From Octopus vulgaris (taxonomy: Eukaryota), in contig OX597816.1 in the NCBI GenBank assembly GCA_951406725.2, positions 102,858,001 to 102,922,000 on the forward strand: 64,000 bases of DNA, read 5' to 3'. A model generated the notes under the pieces. That model saw nothing but the letters and a program-made list of their open reading frames with translations. It had not been told where the DNA came from and did no database searches. This document shows, in pieces, positions 13,718-26,735 of the stretch (positions within the stretch are counted from its first letter, which is position 1; each line of letters begins with the position of its first letter). A program made the position numbers and the translations under genes.

Positions 13718-14952
13718 ACATGGAAAAATGCGAGCAAGAGAAATAATATTCTTAAGATTAATGGAATGGAATGGAAGCACTCCGTCGGTTACGACGACGA
13801 TGAGGGTTCCGGTTGATCCGATCAACGGAACAGCCTGCTCGTGAAATTAACGTGTAAGTGGCTGAGCACTCCACAGACACGTGCACCCTTAACGTAGTTC
13901 TCGGGGATATTCAGCGTGACACAGAGAGTGACAAGGCCGGCCCTTTGAAATACAGAAACAGAAACAGGAAGTAAGAGTGAGAGAAAGTTGTGGTGAAAGA
14001 GTACAGCAGGGATCACCACCATCCCCTGCCGGAGCCTCGTGGAGCTTTAGGCGTTTTCGCTCAATAAACACTCACAACGCCCGGTCTGGGAATCGAAACC
14101 GCGATCCTACGATCGCGAGTCCGCTGCCCTAACCACTGGGCCATTGCGCCTCCTCTTAAGATTATAAACCTGGAAAATTATAGGAGAAGTTATAGGACAA
14201 TTTGGAAAAGTTCATGACAAATTATTACATCTGGTAAAATACAGAACAAGAAAATTTTTAATTAAAATATTGCAGCTAAGGATAGAATTTCAAATAAAAT
14301 ATTTGGATTTAGAAAATATTAGCTATTATTAAAACTAAAAATTTTATTACAAGTTATTTCTATTTGTTATTATTTTTTACTTCTATTAAAAATAAAAATT
14401 AACTCAAAATATTTTTTACATTTAATAAATTTCATTTTTTAAATTATTAATTAATAATTAGAAATTTGAAAATAGGTTATAAACAATATTAGTAGTACGT
14501 AATTAGTTAGTATAATAATTAGAATATTACAGTAAAATCTACCTATAACATCAAATACACAGTAAAATTTACTTGAGTTACTGCCAAGTGTTCGCATTTT
14601 TAGTCTTAACCCAATGCCTATTTTTTACATAATGAATTTGCCTACCATATATACTATTCTAAACTGCATAAAACGTTAGCTATATTGGTATTTCTAGCTC
14701 TCATTTTTTAAGTATTCTATTATGTCGATATTTTAACAACATGATAGTACTTTATTATGTAAATTAAAATCAGATAATTTCTAATATTAAAATTTTATCT
14801 TTAGCTGCAATATTTTAAGTAAAAATTTTCTTCTGTACTTTACCAGATGTAATAACTTGCCCTGAACTTTTCCAAGTGTAATAACTTGTCCTATGATTTT
14901 CCAGATTTATAATCCTAAGAATATTATTTCTCTTGCTTGCATTTTCCCTTGT
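13718..14952. mobile_element. Fold-back/MITE-like element with ~165-bp diverged terminal inverted repeats, left arm split by a SINE
   Basis: 13718-13760 plus 14165-14290 is the reverse complement of 14790-14952 (e.g. GCAAGAGAAATAATATTCTTA, TTATTACATCTGGTAAA, AAAATATTGCAGCTAA). AT-rich non-coding interior. Confidence 0.75.
13761..14153 (-). mobile_element. Young full-length tRNA-derived SINE (OR-like) with 11-bp TSD
   Basis: Minus-strand head GGAGGCGCAATGGCCCAGTGGTTAGGGCAGCGGACTCGCG...GGTTTCGATTCCC (A/B boxes) and (CCATT)n tail. TSD TCTTAAGATTA at 13750-13760 and 14154-14164. Confidence 0.92.
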
Positions 14953-15912
14953 GTCAATTAGCGGTGTCGTTGATAATTGTTTCCTTACCTCAATGACGCG
15001 GTGACACATATTGAATGTCCCCTTGTAGAACTATATGCATAAAAAGTATAGAACTTTATTCATAAAAGAAGTATAAAACTATATTTTCACTCTCAAATTT
15101 GAGAAACAAACACTTATAACTTTTGTCTTTTAAAACTTCATTGCATGAGATTGATACTATGAAACTCCTCGAATTCAGCTCTATCATTTAAGCTTAATTA
15201 AAATATAGTTTGTTGTTAAAATAAATAAGTTAATTATACTTAAATCCAATTTTTTTACCTGACATAGATATTTTTTCATGATATTTTACCTCACAACATT
15301 TTTGATACAAATTTTTGTTGCATGGGAACAAAACTACGAAATTCTTCATGCTTTCTTCTATCATTGAAGTTAATATAAATATATTTTGCTTTTAAAATAA
15401 AAAAAAAAGTTATTTAAATCTAAACCTGAGTGGTGGCGTTACTTCCTCTCCCATAACGTTGCTACAAATTTTGATGTAAACTTTTTTCAACAGGATCTAA
15501 TCTCAATTTCTAGCCTCTTGTAGGCAATAAAGAAATATATATGCCAAAATATAGCTAGGCATCAGTACTCTTCAAAAATGTTAACAGTTTTCAATTTGGC
15601 TAAGAACTGAATTAGCAACAAGCTCTGAAAAGTGCTGCATGTGAGTAAATAAGATATATATACATATTCATATTGGAGATATATGTATATATATATATAT
15701 ATATATATTGATAGATCAATAGATACATAACTATATATATATACATATACACACACACACACACACATACACACACACGCACATATATATATATATATAT
15801 GTAATTTATTAAAAAGCAGCAAACAGCAAAAATGTCACAAAAACAGTTACTCAGAATTTCACGTTCTCATTCGTCGGACAGTTTTGTTTAGTATATATAA
15901 ATATATATATGT

Positions 15913-15985
<73 letters not shown>

Positions 15986-16097
15986 GAAAGAGAGAGAGAG
16001 AGAGACATAAGTGTAGGGATGCTCACCCTAAAACAGATGATCAATATGTTTAGCAATACTTTTACTACATCGCAATGCAAAAACATACGTAACGACA

Positions 16098-17128
16098 GAA
16101 AGGTGCATTCCAGGAATTTTGAGACATTTGGTAGTGAGACATTAATCAATTTCACCGAAGTACAAAAGTCTAACCTCTTTCAAACTAGTATTCTCTGAAT
16201 TCAATGCTCTTGATATATAGATCCAGCTGCTCCATGAACACCCCATGGAAGGACTCCAAAGCAAAGATGTCCAGGACCGTTGTCACCGCTTCCATCTTTA
16301 GAACGATTGCTTTTGTGGTTCACCTTCAGCATAGGGAACAAATTGACAGGGAGCAAGGTCTTAACTGTTGGGAGAGTAAGGAAGAGTTTTGATGCACATC
16401 TCTGGCAAATGCCATGATGTCTTAGTGTACATTGTTTTAGTGCAGGTACTCTGGTCTTTTGAGACTAAATCTCTGAACTTCCACAAAACCTCCACAAAGT
16501 ACTCTTTGTTAGCCAGCTGGCCACATGGAGCCCTATGGATGTATATGATTTTGCTGCTGTTGATAGACTTTTTTAGCCTTGCCTCTTGTGCTAGAGAGAA
16601 ACATGATCGGCTCATACAAGTTAATCCATAAGCTATTTGGAACATTTCATATGTTTCTGCAGTGTTTTTGCCAAGTTTAACACAAAACTTTACTGTCTTC
16701 ATGTCCCGACTGCATTCTGCAAGCTAGTCAGCTGTGACCAGCAGTGCTTAGTAGGGTGTGTTCAAAGCACAGTTACATCTGTCTTCTACAATCTGGAATA
16801 ACAAATGTTGGCAAGTCAGTTTATTAGATGTAGGAGTTGTGTTGGAAAGTTCCTGGCCTTTGGGTAAAAGGTGGATCATTTAATTATGACATTATTCAAC
16901 ATATTCCCCTCTCAGATTCACATGCTTATTGCTGCAGTCTTTCAGTTTTTTTTCTAAGGAAGGTTGAGCCTCCAGCCACGCCTTTCACGATATCCTTAGA
17001 GCCAAGTACATTTCAGTACCCTCTCATATGGTAATGATGTATTAAAAGTACAATAATCTAGGACATTTATAACTACCTCTTCTAAAAAAAAAAAAAGAAA
17101 AAAGGCTGAAAACTTTTGGAATCTCATA
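16098..17128 (-). mobile_element. Internally deleted mariner remnant
   Basis: ORF 16361-16702 VKFCVKLGKNTAETYEMFQIAYG (mariner N-terminal HTH) joined to GQLANKEYFVEVL. Boundaries approximate. Confidence 0.65.
16831..17028. mobile_element. Mariner-type MITE (~200 bp) nested in the mariner remnant
   Basis: Homologous, in opposite orientation, to 44186-44395. Degenerate TIRs GAAAGTTCCTGGC / GCCAAGTACATTTCAGTACCCTCTCATA. Confidence 0.65.
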
Positions 17129-17906
17129 CAAATACAAGTAACACAAACTAACTAATTACCTAAATCAACATAACAGTGAAACTTTTTAATCAGTTATACG
17201 AAGTCAGTTACTGATGAATACATCACTTGATCCTGAAGATGGGTTTGAAGACCTAGCTAGAACCGTTCAATATGGGCTTGTTATATTTGATGCTCCAAGC
17301 AAACTGCGCGGATCTCGTGGTAAAGTAACAAAAATTATTTTTTAAAAAAAAGGAAAAAGGAAAAGAAAAACCGAAATCTTTCTTTAAAAATGAAGTAAAC
17401 TAGAGTGCAGAAGTGTTATCAAAACAAAGCACACATACACACACAAGCATACATACGTACACGAATACACTCGGCAAAGAAAACACACACATATGTGTAT
17501 ATGTATGTATATATATATATATATATGAGTGTGTGTGTTTATATACATTAATATACATACATACATACATGCATACATACATACATACATACATACATAT
17601 AGATGCATGTGTATGTTTGTATGTACAAATACTTCCTATTCCAGCATCACGTGGTGAATGCCCTAAATAACATGCAAGAACTGTTCATCAGAGTTCAAAA
17701 ATTGAAAATATTCAAAAATAAATTAATGACCATTTTATTTCCCCCAAAGGAGTACAACTTAGTTCCATGTGTTACCGATTATATGTGTATACAAGTACAG
17801 TCTCTCTCATATACTCATACACAGCCACATCCGCATACACAGACACAAACATACACATGCATGTATTAATGTATGCATACATATATGTGTGTGTGTATTT
17901 TTGTAT

Positions 17907-17945
<39 letters not shown>

Positions 17946-18149
17946 TACACACACACACGTATATATATATACACATATATGTATATATGTATGTATGTAA
18001 GTCTTTATGATTGTGTGTATAGCTGTGTGTATATGTCAGCGTATGCACAAACACGTACACACACATACGCATATACACATGCGTAGACACAGTATGGCTA
18101 AACGATAAAGAAATTCACTATGATGGTTCAGATTCCGTTGGTGGCAGCT

Positions 18150-18600
18150 TGGTCAAGTATGTATAGCTTGTTTGAAGAACTCGAACGCAGTCGCTCTACG
18201 AGTATAGAGTCTGTAGTACTTCGGCTACAACCACAATGAAGTGGCCATAGCGTCAAGTCAGAAGATCCCTAAACAATTTCATTATAGTGAGTTAACCCAG
18301 GGTAATAGACCAGCGCAGAAACCGAAATTCAGGTATAGGGCTGCATCAAGAATATATTGAAGAATGTTAAAGTCTTGAAAAATGGATGGGAAAACCACGC
18401 TCTCGATCATTCATAGTAGAGAGAGAAATGGATGATGGGAAAAGGGAATTCTAACAAAATCGTATCGAGCATGAACAGCTCAAGGAAGATGTTAGTGCCT
18501 GCGTATGTTGGTACGTAACCTAACTTTGCATGTAACGAATGCTTTTGTGTCTGTCTAAGTTGGGCAGGACTTACTAGCAAGTCTTCAGGGTAGCAATACA
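18150..18600 (+). mobile_element. RTE-clade LINE 3' remnant
   Basis: Frameshifted translation IPKQFHYSELTQGNRPAQKP.FRY and terminal FACNECFCVCLSWAGL, typical of the RTE ORF C-terminus. Confidence 0.6.
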
Positions 18601-18932
18601 CACGGGGAAGTTGTTAATATATTACTATACGGTGGCTCTACTTGATGGAGTGTGGAAAAGAATGTGCGTTAGGCGGCGGACTGAAATATTATATGAGGTT
18701 CATCAAAAACATATTGTAATAACTATTGTAAGAAGCACCTAAATTTTTCACATCTGTACGAAAGAGTGTAAGTCCTTATCAGGATTGAAAAGCAGCATGC
18801 TCGCTGCTCAGGTCTAAAAGAACAATCAAGAGATGGCGATATTCGAAGTCGAGTTGTTACTATGTATGTATGTATGTATGTATGTATGTATGTATGCATG
18901 TATGTATGTATGTATGTATGTATGTATGTATG

Positions 18933-21750
18933 TTTTCTTGTGTTTTTAATTATTTAAATTCTTCCTCTGAGGAAAGAGATGGTTTTTACTAACATAGATA
19001 CAAAGGTCCATCGTTGGAATGTAGACAATAAAGAATACCACATTTTAAATTTGGAAAATGTCTTGCATATTTTTACTTTTCCACTTTCATGTTGTATTTG
19101 TAATGTGCAAGTTGGTCGTTTTCTTTTTCTGAAAACCCTAACTTATCCATATTATGACAATACTGGTATACACGTGAATTTATAATCTGGATATAAACGC
19201 TGGAAATTTCGAATCAGCTGTCTATAGTTATTATCTCTCTATCTCTTTGATTTTCAAAGAAATATTCATGTCAGCAGGACAGCTGACATCTATGATGGTA
19301 CATACTTTTCTTGTCTGTCCCAGACAACTATATCTGAGCTGTTATTTTTTACATTTGACAGATGTTTTGATGGGAATGCTCCGTTAATATTCTTTGTGTT
19401 GATGTTTGTGATGAGTGTGTATTAAATAACAGGGTCATTTTCTATATTTATTCTAGTACAGTCTTTTTTCCGAATGGCATTTTATATTGTTTTTGCCACA
19501 CCGCCGTTTCCCAAAGGGAAGTAGTACCTTGATAACATTTTTGGTCAGCTGTTAATTACATGTGTGATTTATTCCACAGAAATCTACATTTTGAGCTGGC
19601 ATCTTGGAACTCCAAGGGCCTCACTTTCTCTTTTGTTAATTAAGAATTTAGTAGTAATCTCCTGTTCTTGTATAGCAAATGCACAGCCTTAGTAGTGTGA
19701 TGTGATGTAGCGGTAACGAACTCAAAAGATTTTTCGCTTATCGTCAATATTACTGTCCTCTTCAAGCCTTCGGGAAACATACCCATGAATGGTGTTTTTT
19801 TGGTATGCTGAGCGTTTCATATCCAAGTCTGCTCTGAGGTTTGTTAGTCCGGTAGTTTGGGGGTTGTATAGGAGGTCATCAGGAAGAGAGTGCTTCCTGA
19901 AGAGCTCGCTACCAACACGTAGGATATTGTTCTCGTCACATTTCAGCACTAGGTTAATGAATTTATTTTTGTTTCTGTTGTTTAGCAAGTGCTGTGTGAG
20001 AGAGACTATACGACATTCGATGGCTGCCTGCACTGATCACAAGTCCCTACCTCCTTTCTGTCTTAGGTAGAGTCTGTCGATATCATTATTTGTTTAGAGG
20101 CTTCCACTTGATGTTAGTATCATGCAGGTTTTCACTTCTATGGAATGAATTTCTTCTACAAACTAGTCAAATGTCTTAAATGGTGGAATCAGCAGGGTAC
20201 TAGAAATGTATTGTTGGATATTGTCTTGTTGTAAGAGGAGAGTTTCGACTGCCATATTTTTCTGTCTGCCATGATATTATCGAACTGCTCTCTCTTTATT
20301 CATAGTACCTTCGTATGATATGTTTTCATCAGTGCCTAGGTACTTGTAGTGTTCTTTGTGTGGGACAGGAGAGATAGTGAGAAAATCGATGCGCAGAGTT
20401 TGGGTCAGGGGGACATATTTTTCCTTATTCAACAACCAAATATGGACATTTTTTTGGCCAAATTCCATTCCTATGTCAGTTGAAAATGTTATTAATTCCA
20501 GCTGTTTTTTGGCATTGCTAACATTTTTAGCTTAAATCTTGAGGTTATCCACAAAGAAATTATGGGTTCCATTAATATCTCTAGCAGTCGCAGACCCTAG
20601 CATGTAGGCATTTGATTTTTATAGCAGGAATGATAATGGATTTAATGCCAAAATGAAAAGAATTTTAGAAAGACTATCTCCTTGGAATATTCGCTTTTAA
20701 ATATTTACAAAATTGAAGGCAATCGTTCCACTCTCAGTTCCAAGTATTAAAATTGTTGCCCACGTAGGCCCTTCAATGGCAGCTATTAAGGTAGCAGGCA
20801 GTTTTACCAAGTGTAGATATTCCAGAATCCATGAGCAGGAGATAGACTCAAATGCCTTCCTACTATCAAGCCATACTGTTGCAAGGCTCCTACGATGTCA
20901 TTTCTCTTCAGACAGTACAGTTTTGTTTTTCAACAGTTGTTCGGCACATATCCACAGTCCTTTCTTTCCACGGCCTGCTTATCAGTCACTATGTTGTTGG
21001 ACTCACAATGATCGTGGACGAATTGAATGAGGAATCTTGTGTACATGTTGTAGATAATGCTTAGGTAAGCAAAGGGCCTGTAGTTTTCTGTCAACACGAT
21101 GATTTCATTCTTGGTTAAGAGATTCGTCCGGGTGCTTTTGAGTATACATATTAGTGGTTTCCTGTATAATGTCAGCCTCTTGTACCAGTATCCAACTATT
21201 AGGTCCCTCCCATGTGTCTTCCCTTAATGCTGTTTGCCTACAGCGATGATGAAGATTCCTGGTCAATTGGGTATGTTTTACTCTTGATGTTGTTACCGTA
21301 TTCTCGCCTTACTACATTTATCCGCAATGCATTAAGGTTGAGATCTCTCTCTTCGTTCCAGGTTTTCAACGAGAATAATTCAAGATCTTGAAAGGGAGCT
21401 TTCTTGACGGTAATATTTTACTTCGTCATCTCTCTATAATGTTTGTGGGTTAGAAGCAAACTTGTGATTTATACAGGCTCGTTCAAAAATTCGACTAAAG
21501 TAGTGAAGGTTTTCGTTCAGAGCCTTGATTTCGTGTGTTAGAGTAACCTCCTACAAGAGCATCTGTTATGTATATTACAGATTTCTCCAATGTGTTCTTT
21601 AAGAGTGAAAGCAGCTGAGTATATGATGGTATTAATATTCTAGTAATTAATATCACATGATTCTATGTGTTCCCCAGCGAAAACGTCGATAATTTTTAAC
21701 ATTATAGATGTTGGATCATTTCTTAAGCTTATTAAGAATGACCTGTCGCT
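18933..21750 (-). mobile_element. Decayed R4/Dong-like RLE non-LTR retrotransposon (copy A)
   Basis: RT motifs THNFFVDNLK, MEFGQK and HYKYLG; RYYFPL after the zinc knuckle; SDIVVWD RLE motif; many stops and frameshifts. Both ends flanked by (TATG)n. Confidence 0.85.
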
Positions 21751-21784
<34 letters not shown>

Positions 21785-21965
21785 TGTATGTATGTATGTA
21801 TGTATGTATGTATGTATGTATGTATGTATGTATGCATGCATGCATGTATGTATGTATGTATGTATGTATGTATGTATGTATGTATGTATGTATGTATGTA
21901 TGTGTGCGTTTGTGCATGTGCGTGTTTGTGTGTGTGTGTGTGTGTGTGTGTGCATGTGTGTGTAT

Positions 21966-22830
21966 AGTCTTCTCTTTCTCTTTATCTTGGAGTAAATTTT
22001 GATCGGCCACCTACTTGGTAGCAAGGTCGCGAAGGAAAGCATCTTGTTTTAACCATCATTCTTTACCTTAAGAAGGTCTTGCAGATTTTCATAGTTCCTG
22101 ATATCGTGATCATTTGTTGAGTATAAATTAAAAATCTGCATTCTCTTCCCCAAGATCCCGTTTCAGCCTTATTTCGCTCCCAGCGGATTGGTATGTAACC
22201 TGCTTCCCCAGTAATAATAGGTATGAAGTTGAAAATGTATCTTGGGTACTAGATTTGCAAACTCCTTATTAATGAGCCATAAATGTCTTCTTTCTCTTGT
22301 ATTTTTCTAAACACGTTCGTGTCTAGAGGGCAGTTAATTTCCGCAACAGAACATATCTTCTTGTGAACCCTCACGACAATACCTGGTCAGTTGTGTTGTA
22401 AGTTGGCGGCTGCCTACTTCTTAAGGTTCACCAATATTCGTTAAACCCATCGGCCTCAATATAGTCAACTTTGTATAGTTTGCCTGGATAGTTCTGGCTA
22501 CTGCGTCATGCCTCATTGGAAGATAATATCTTGAAGATATTCTCCCGCAGTTGGCAATAATGTGGTTGAAGTCTTCCTAGTTGGTCTTGTACAGCCTACA
22601 TTTGTTATATATTAACGTTTTCTACCCCTTATGCTGCAAGTACTTGATGGGGATCGCTTGTTCTTGAATTGCATGGAGGTAACCTTCAAAGTATGATGTC
22701 ATAAACTTGTCAATACTCCATGCCAAGCTCTTGACGTGGTTACTCCCTTCTACGGTTCGTGTTTTTCGTGCCAAGCACCTGTGTACTATCTTCTCAGTGA
22801 ACTACTCCATTTTGTTTCCTTGTTCATCTG
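21966..22830 (-). mobile_element. R4-like retrotransposon 3' fragment (copy B)
   Basis: AIQEQAIPIKYL, C..CKTN, HIIANC and SSRYYLPMRHDAVA motifs. 3' UTR homologous to 44560-44650 and 46560-46658. Confidence 0.8.
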
Positions 22831-23090
22831 ATAAATGCATGCATGTATGTATTTATGTGTATATAGATACACGCATACACCAATAGTGTCAAGTTACACT
22901 TACCGAATATGCCAGTGGTGGTTGTGTAGCCGTTTACTTGAAAAGTGTAATGACAATATCCGGAGTTTTGGTGCAGGGGTAATTTTAAATATACGTTGTG
23001 ACCCGCTACTTTTGATACCAATAACCATTAAGTAATATTATCCGTAATCATAATTAAGGATTTTATGTATGTGTGCAAGTATTATACGCA

Positions 23091-23193
23091 TTGTATAATT
23101 GTCAGTACATGTCTTTGCCCACAAGACCACTGACATAAAAAATTGCTTTTAACTAATAACCACTATTTTACATTTATCTTATATTTATGTACG

Positions 23194-23279
<86 letters not shown>

Positions 23280-23430
23280 GGTGGGTGTGTGGGTGTGGGT
23301 GTGTGTGTGTGGGTGTGTGTGTGTGAACGTACATAAATATAAGATAAATGTAAAATAGTGGTTATTAGTTAAAAGCATTTTTTTATATCAGTGGGCTTGT
23401 GGGCAAAGACATGTACTGACAATTACACAA
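23091..23430. repeat. ~340-bp near-perfect palindrome: 106-bp unique arms around (CA)n(TA)n(TG)n
   Basis: 23091-23196 is the reverse complement of 23325-23430 with only a few mismatches. ORFs 23143+ and 23378- start identically. Confidence 0.95.
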
Positions 23431-23489
23431 CCTTTGGATAAGGGTTCAATCTTGTCTCAGGGCATCCACTCGGGAGGTCCTTACCTTTT

Positions 23490-23700
23490 AATAAGGCGAC
23501 AAGCTGGCAGAATCGTTAGCATGCCGGGCAAAATGCTTAGTAGCATTTCGTACATCTTTATTCTCCAAGTTCAAATTCCGCCGAGGTGGTCGTTGCCTTT
23601 TATCTTATCGAGATCGATAAAATAATTACTTCTTGAACACGTGGAGTCGATGTAATCGACTTACCCCTCCCCCAGAATTGCTGGCCTTGTGCCTAGAGTG
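23490..23700 (+). mobile_element. SINE of the GGCGGCGAGCTGGCAGAATCGTTAGC family
   Basis: Head AAGGCGACAAGCTGGCAGAATCGTTAGC and core GTTCAAATTCCGCCGAGGT...GATAAAATAA, homologous to 33772-34006. Confidence 0.75.
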
Positions 23701-23904
23701 AAATACACTTTAAAATTCATGATAACTGAGACTAAGTTTCGCCTGATGGTTTATTTAACCAGTCGAATTAAATTAGACGTCTCATTCAACACGGATTTTA
23801 ATGAGGTCTTTTCTGTCTGTCTGTCTGTCTGTCTACCTATCTATTTAGGTACATAGATAGATAGACTGACATATGTACGTATATACAAAAAACATGTCTG
23901 TCTG

Positions 23905-23947
<43 letters not shown>

Positions 23948-24148
23948 GGGTTAGTAGATAAATAGATAGATAGATATATTGACATATGTATATACATAAA
24001 CATGCATACGCACATAAACGCGCAAACACACGGGTGTGGTGAAACTATGGAACTACATACTTGGCATATGTGTACGAAATACGATGCTGGGGAATTCATG
24101 CCCCGTTCATTTGTGTCGATTCGAGACTGATATCAGCACCAAAGCATT

Positions 24149-24203
<55 letters not shown>

Positions 24204-24338
24204 ACACACTCGCTACACACACACACACACACTGTATCTTTGGAAGGTTGCGCATTCGTGTACACTTATATACCTACATACACAGATAAATACATACATG
24301 CATAGATAAATATATACATACATACATACATATATATA

Positions 24339-24364
24339 TTTATATATATAAAACTGAGAATGTG

Positions 24365-24397
<33 letters not shown>

Positions 24398-25217
24398 GTG
24401 TGTTTCCCTAAAACTTGAGAACTACACAACCAATTTCATTCAAATTTTACATATGCCTTACTTAGGGTCCGGGGAGTGTCATCGGCAAAAAAAATTTAAC
24501 TTTTTGCCTAGGGCGAGCCCACAGCAATAACATATCTTCTCCACTACGATTCCCTAAAACTTGAGAACTACACAACCAATTTCATTCAAATTTTACACAT
24601 GCCTTACTTAGGGTCCATGTAGTTTCATGGGCAAAAAAAAAAGTTCAACTTCTTGCCTAGAGCGAGCCCATAGCAATATCATATCTTCTCCACTATTTCA
24701 GTATTACGTGTTAAAAGTGAAACAAAAACATTTCTCTATTTTATGTCAGATGCTTTCACTTTAACAATAAAAATAATATTAACAATTGAATTATATGTAG
24801 TAAGTAATAATTAAAATCAACCTAAAGTAACATGACAAAAGTAAAAATAGCAATTGGTATAAAATTGCATCAATGATTTGAACTTGAATAAGTGGTTTCA
24901 CATGAATGGGAATTGAATTAAAAATAAAATTAGCGTGCAGAAATGGAATAGTCCAGATGGATAATAAAAAATCAAATTAAAGAAAAGACTATTGTCTACA
25001 AAGTATACAATGTAGAGAAAAAAGAAGAGCTAACAATTCCAGTCTGTTATATATTTTGAATATTGTTATCACTAGCGATATCAAGATATAACTTTGTATT
25101 TTGCATTTTATGTGTAGATGTATATATATAGATGTACATGTAATATGTACACATAAATATATACATATATACATACACTAGCAGTATGACCCGGCAACGA
25201 TGGGTCTTTAATGCTAG
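24339..25217 (+). mobile_element. Non-autonomous Helitron-like element with an internal ~146-bp tandem duplication
   Basis: 5' TTTATATATATAAAACTGAGAATG plus (TCTG)n. Duplicated unit TTCCCTAAAACTTGAGAACTACAC... at about 24404 and 24550. 3' hairpin GACCC-ggcaacgat-GGGTC (25188-25206), then CTAG|T at 25214-25218. Confidence 0.7.
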
Positions 25218-25334
25218 TATATATATATATATATATATATATAAGTGTGTGAGTATGTATGTATCTATGAATGCATGCATGTAAGTGTGTATGTATGTAT
25301 GCAAATTTGGATCTTTTGCTTTATGTATGTATTC

Positions 25335-25922
25335 TCATGCATATATACTAGACATGCTCATATATACAAAAATGATAAACTTCTGGAAAGTTTTACAGGC
25401 TTTTACAGTTCCAGTGATGGCTTGGATCTGTAGTCTTAGAATCAGTTTTCTCCTATGAGGTTTTGAGAAGCCTACTTTCTCAAGATTGGTATTTAGGCAG
25501 TGTGTTACACTTCCCAGTGCCCCAATATTTACATGTGTAAACCTGAACTTGTAATCTGGATAGAGTAACCGCAGATTTCGCAATAGTTCAGTGTAGGTAT
25601 TCTCTTTTTCGTTGGTCATTAGCTTTATGTTAACAACCACTGAGCAGCTGATTTCCACAATTGTACACAGTTTCTCTTTATCCCAAACCATTATATCAAG
25701 TTTATTGTATTTACATTTTATTGAGGTTTTCGGCAATACTTCTTATTATGAGTGGCTATGGCTTCTACCATATTGTGAGTTGTAATTTCTTTGACCTCGG
25801 GGTTATCCTTCCGACAGATTTCATTTGATAATGTTCTAGCTACAACATCATGTCTCATCGGAAGAAAATATCGTGATGACATTTTCGGACAACCGCTTAT
25901 GATGCGGGTGATATCTTCGGTT
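25335..25922 (-). mobile_element. R4-like retrotransposon zinc-knuckle/RLE fragment (copy C)
   Basis: ORFs 25718-25990 (IISGCPKMSSRYFLPMRHDVVA) and 25335-25736 (KYNKLDIMVWDKEKLCTIVEISC...EKENTY...IGALG). Flanked by (TATG)n. Confidence 0.85.
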
Positions 25923-26282
25923 TTATGTATGTATGTATGTATGTATGTATGTATGTATGTATGTATGTATGTATGTATGTATCTATGCATGCATGCATAT
26001 ATATAGGCGCAGGCGTGACAGTGAGGTAAGAATTTTGTTTCTTGACATCATGGTTCCGTGTTCAGTCTCACGGAAACTGAAAGAAGTCCATTGTACACAC
26101 ACAGTTACAGTTCAATATTTTCCGGACACTATCTGGTACCTCAAACAAGGCTTGTCTGCTGAATACTAGATAAAGTATTTAATTGCATAAATGGCTGAAA
26201 GAAATAAAATGTATATATATATATATATATATATATAGATATATAGAATGTTGAAAAAGAACACACGTGTTAATATATATAT

Positions 26283-26329
26283 ATCTTACGATCATGATGC
26301 TGACACCCTAACCACTAAGCCACGCGCCT

Positions 26330-26373
<44 letters not shown>

Positions 26374-26374
26374 T

Positions 26375-26419
<45 letters not shown>

Positions 26420-26466
26420 AGGCGCGTGGCTTAGTGGTTAGGGTGTCAGCATCATGATCGTAAGAT
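26283..26466. repeat. Inverted duplication of a SINE 5' end across (CA)n(TA)n(TG)n
   Basis: 49-bp perfect arms at 26283-26331 and 26418-26466. Confidence 0.95.
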
Positions 26467-26672
26467 TGTGGTTTCGATTCCTTGGACCGAGCGACGCGTT
26501 GTGTTCTTGAGCAAAAACACTTCATTTCACGTTGCTCCATTCCACTCAGCTGGCAAAAATGAGTAACGCTGCGATGGACTGGCGTCCCGTCCAGCTGAGG
26601 AACTCATACGCCATAGAAACCAGGAAACTAGGCCCATGAGCCTGGCTAGGCTTTAAAAGGGAGGATTTATTT
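26418..26672 (+). mobile_element. tRNA-derived SINE (OR-like)
   Basis: GGAGGCGCGTGGCTTAGTGGTTAGGG...GGTTTCGATTCC head and GTGTTCTTGAGCAAAAACACTTCATTTCACGTTGCTCC core. Confidence 0.85.
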
Positions 26673-26683
26673 TATTATATGCC

Positions 26684-26732
<49 letters not shown>

Positions 26733-26735
<3 letters not shown>

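Noticed and set aside
14080-14153. tRNA-like sequence with A/B boxes
   Set aside because: It is the head of a TSD-flanked SINE, not a stand-alone tRNA.
17643-17663. CACGTGGTGAATGCC resembles the 3' part of miR-124
   Set aside because: The seed (AAGGCAC) is absent and no convincing precursor hairpin was seen.
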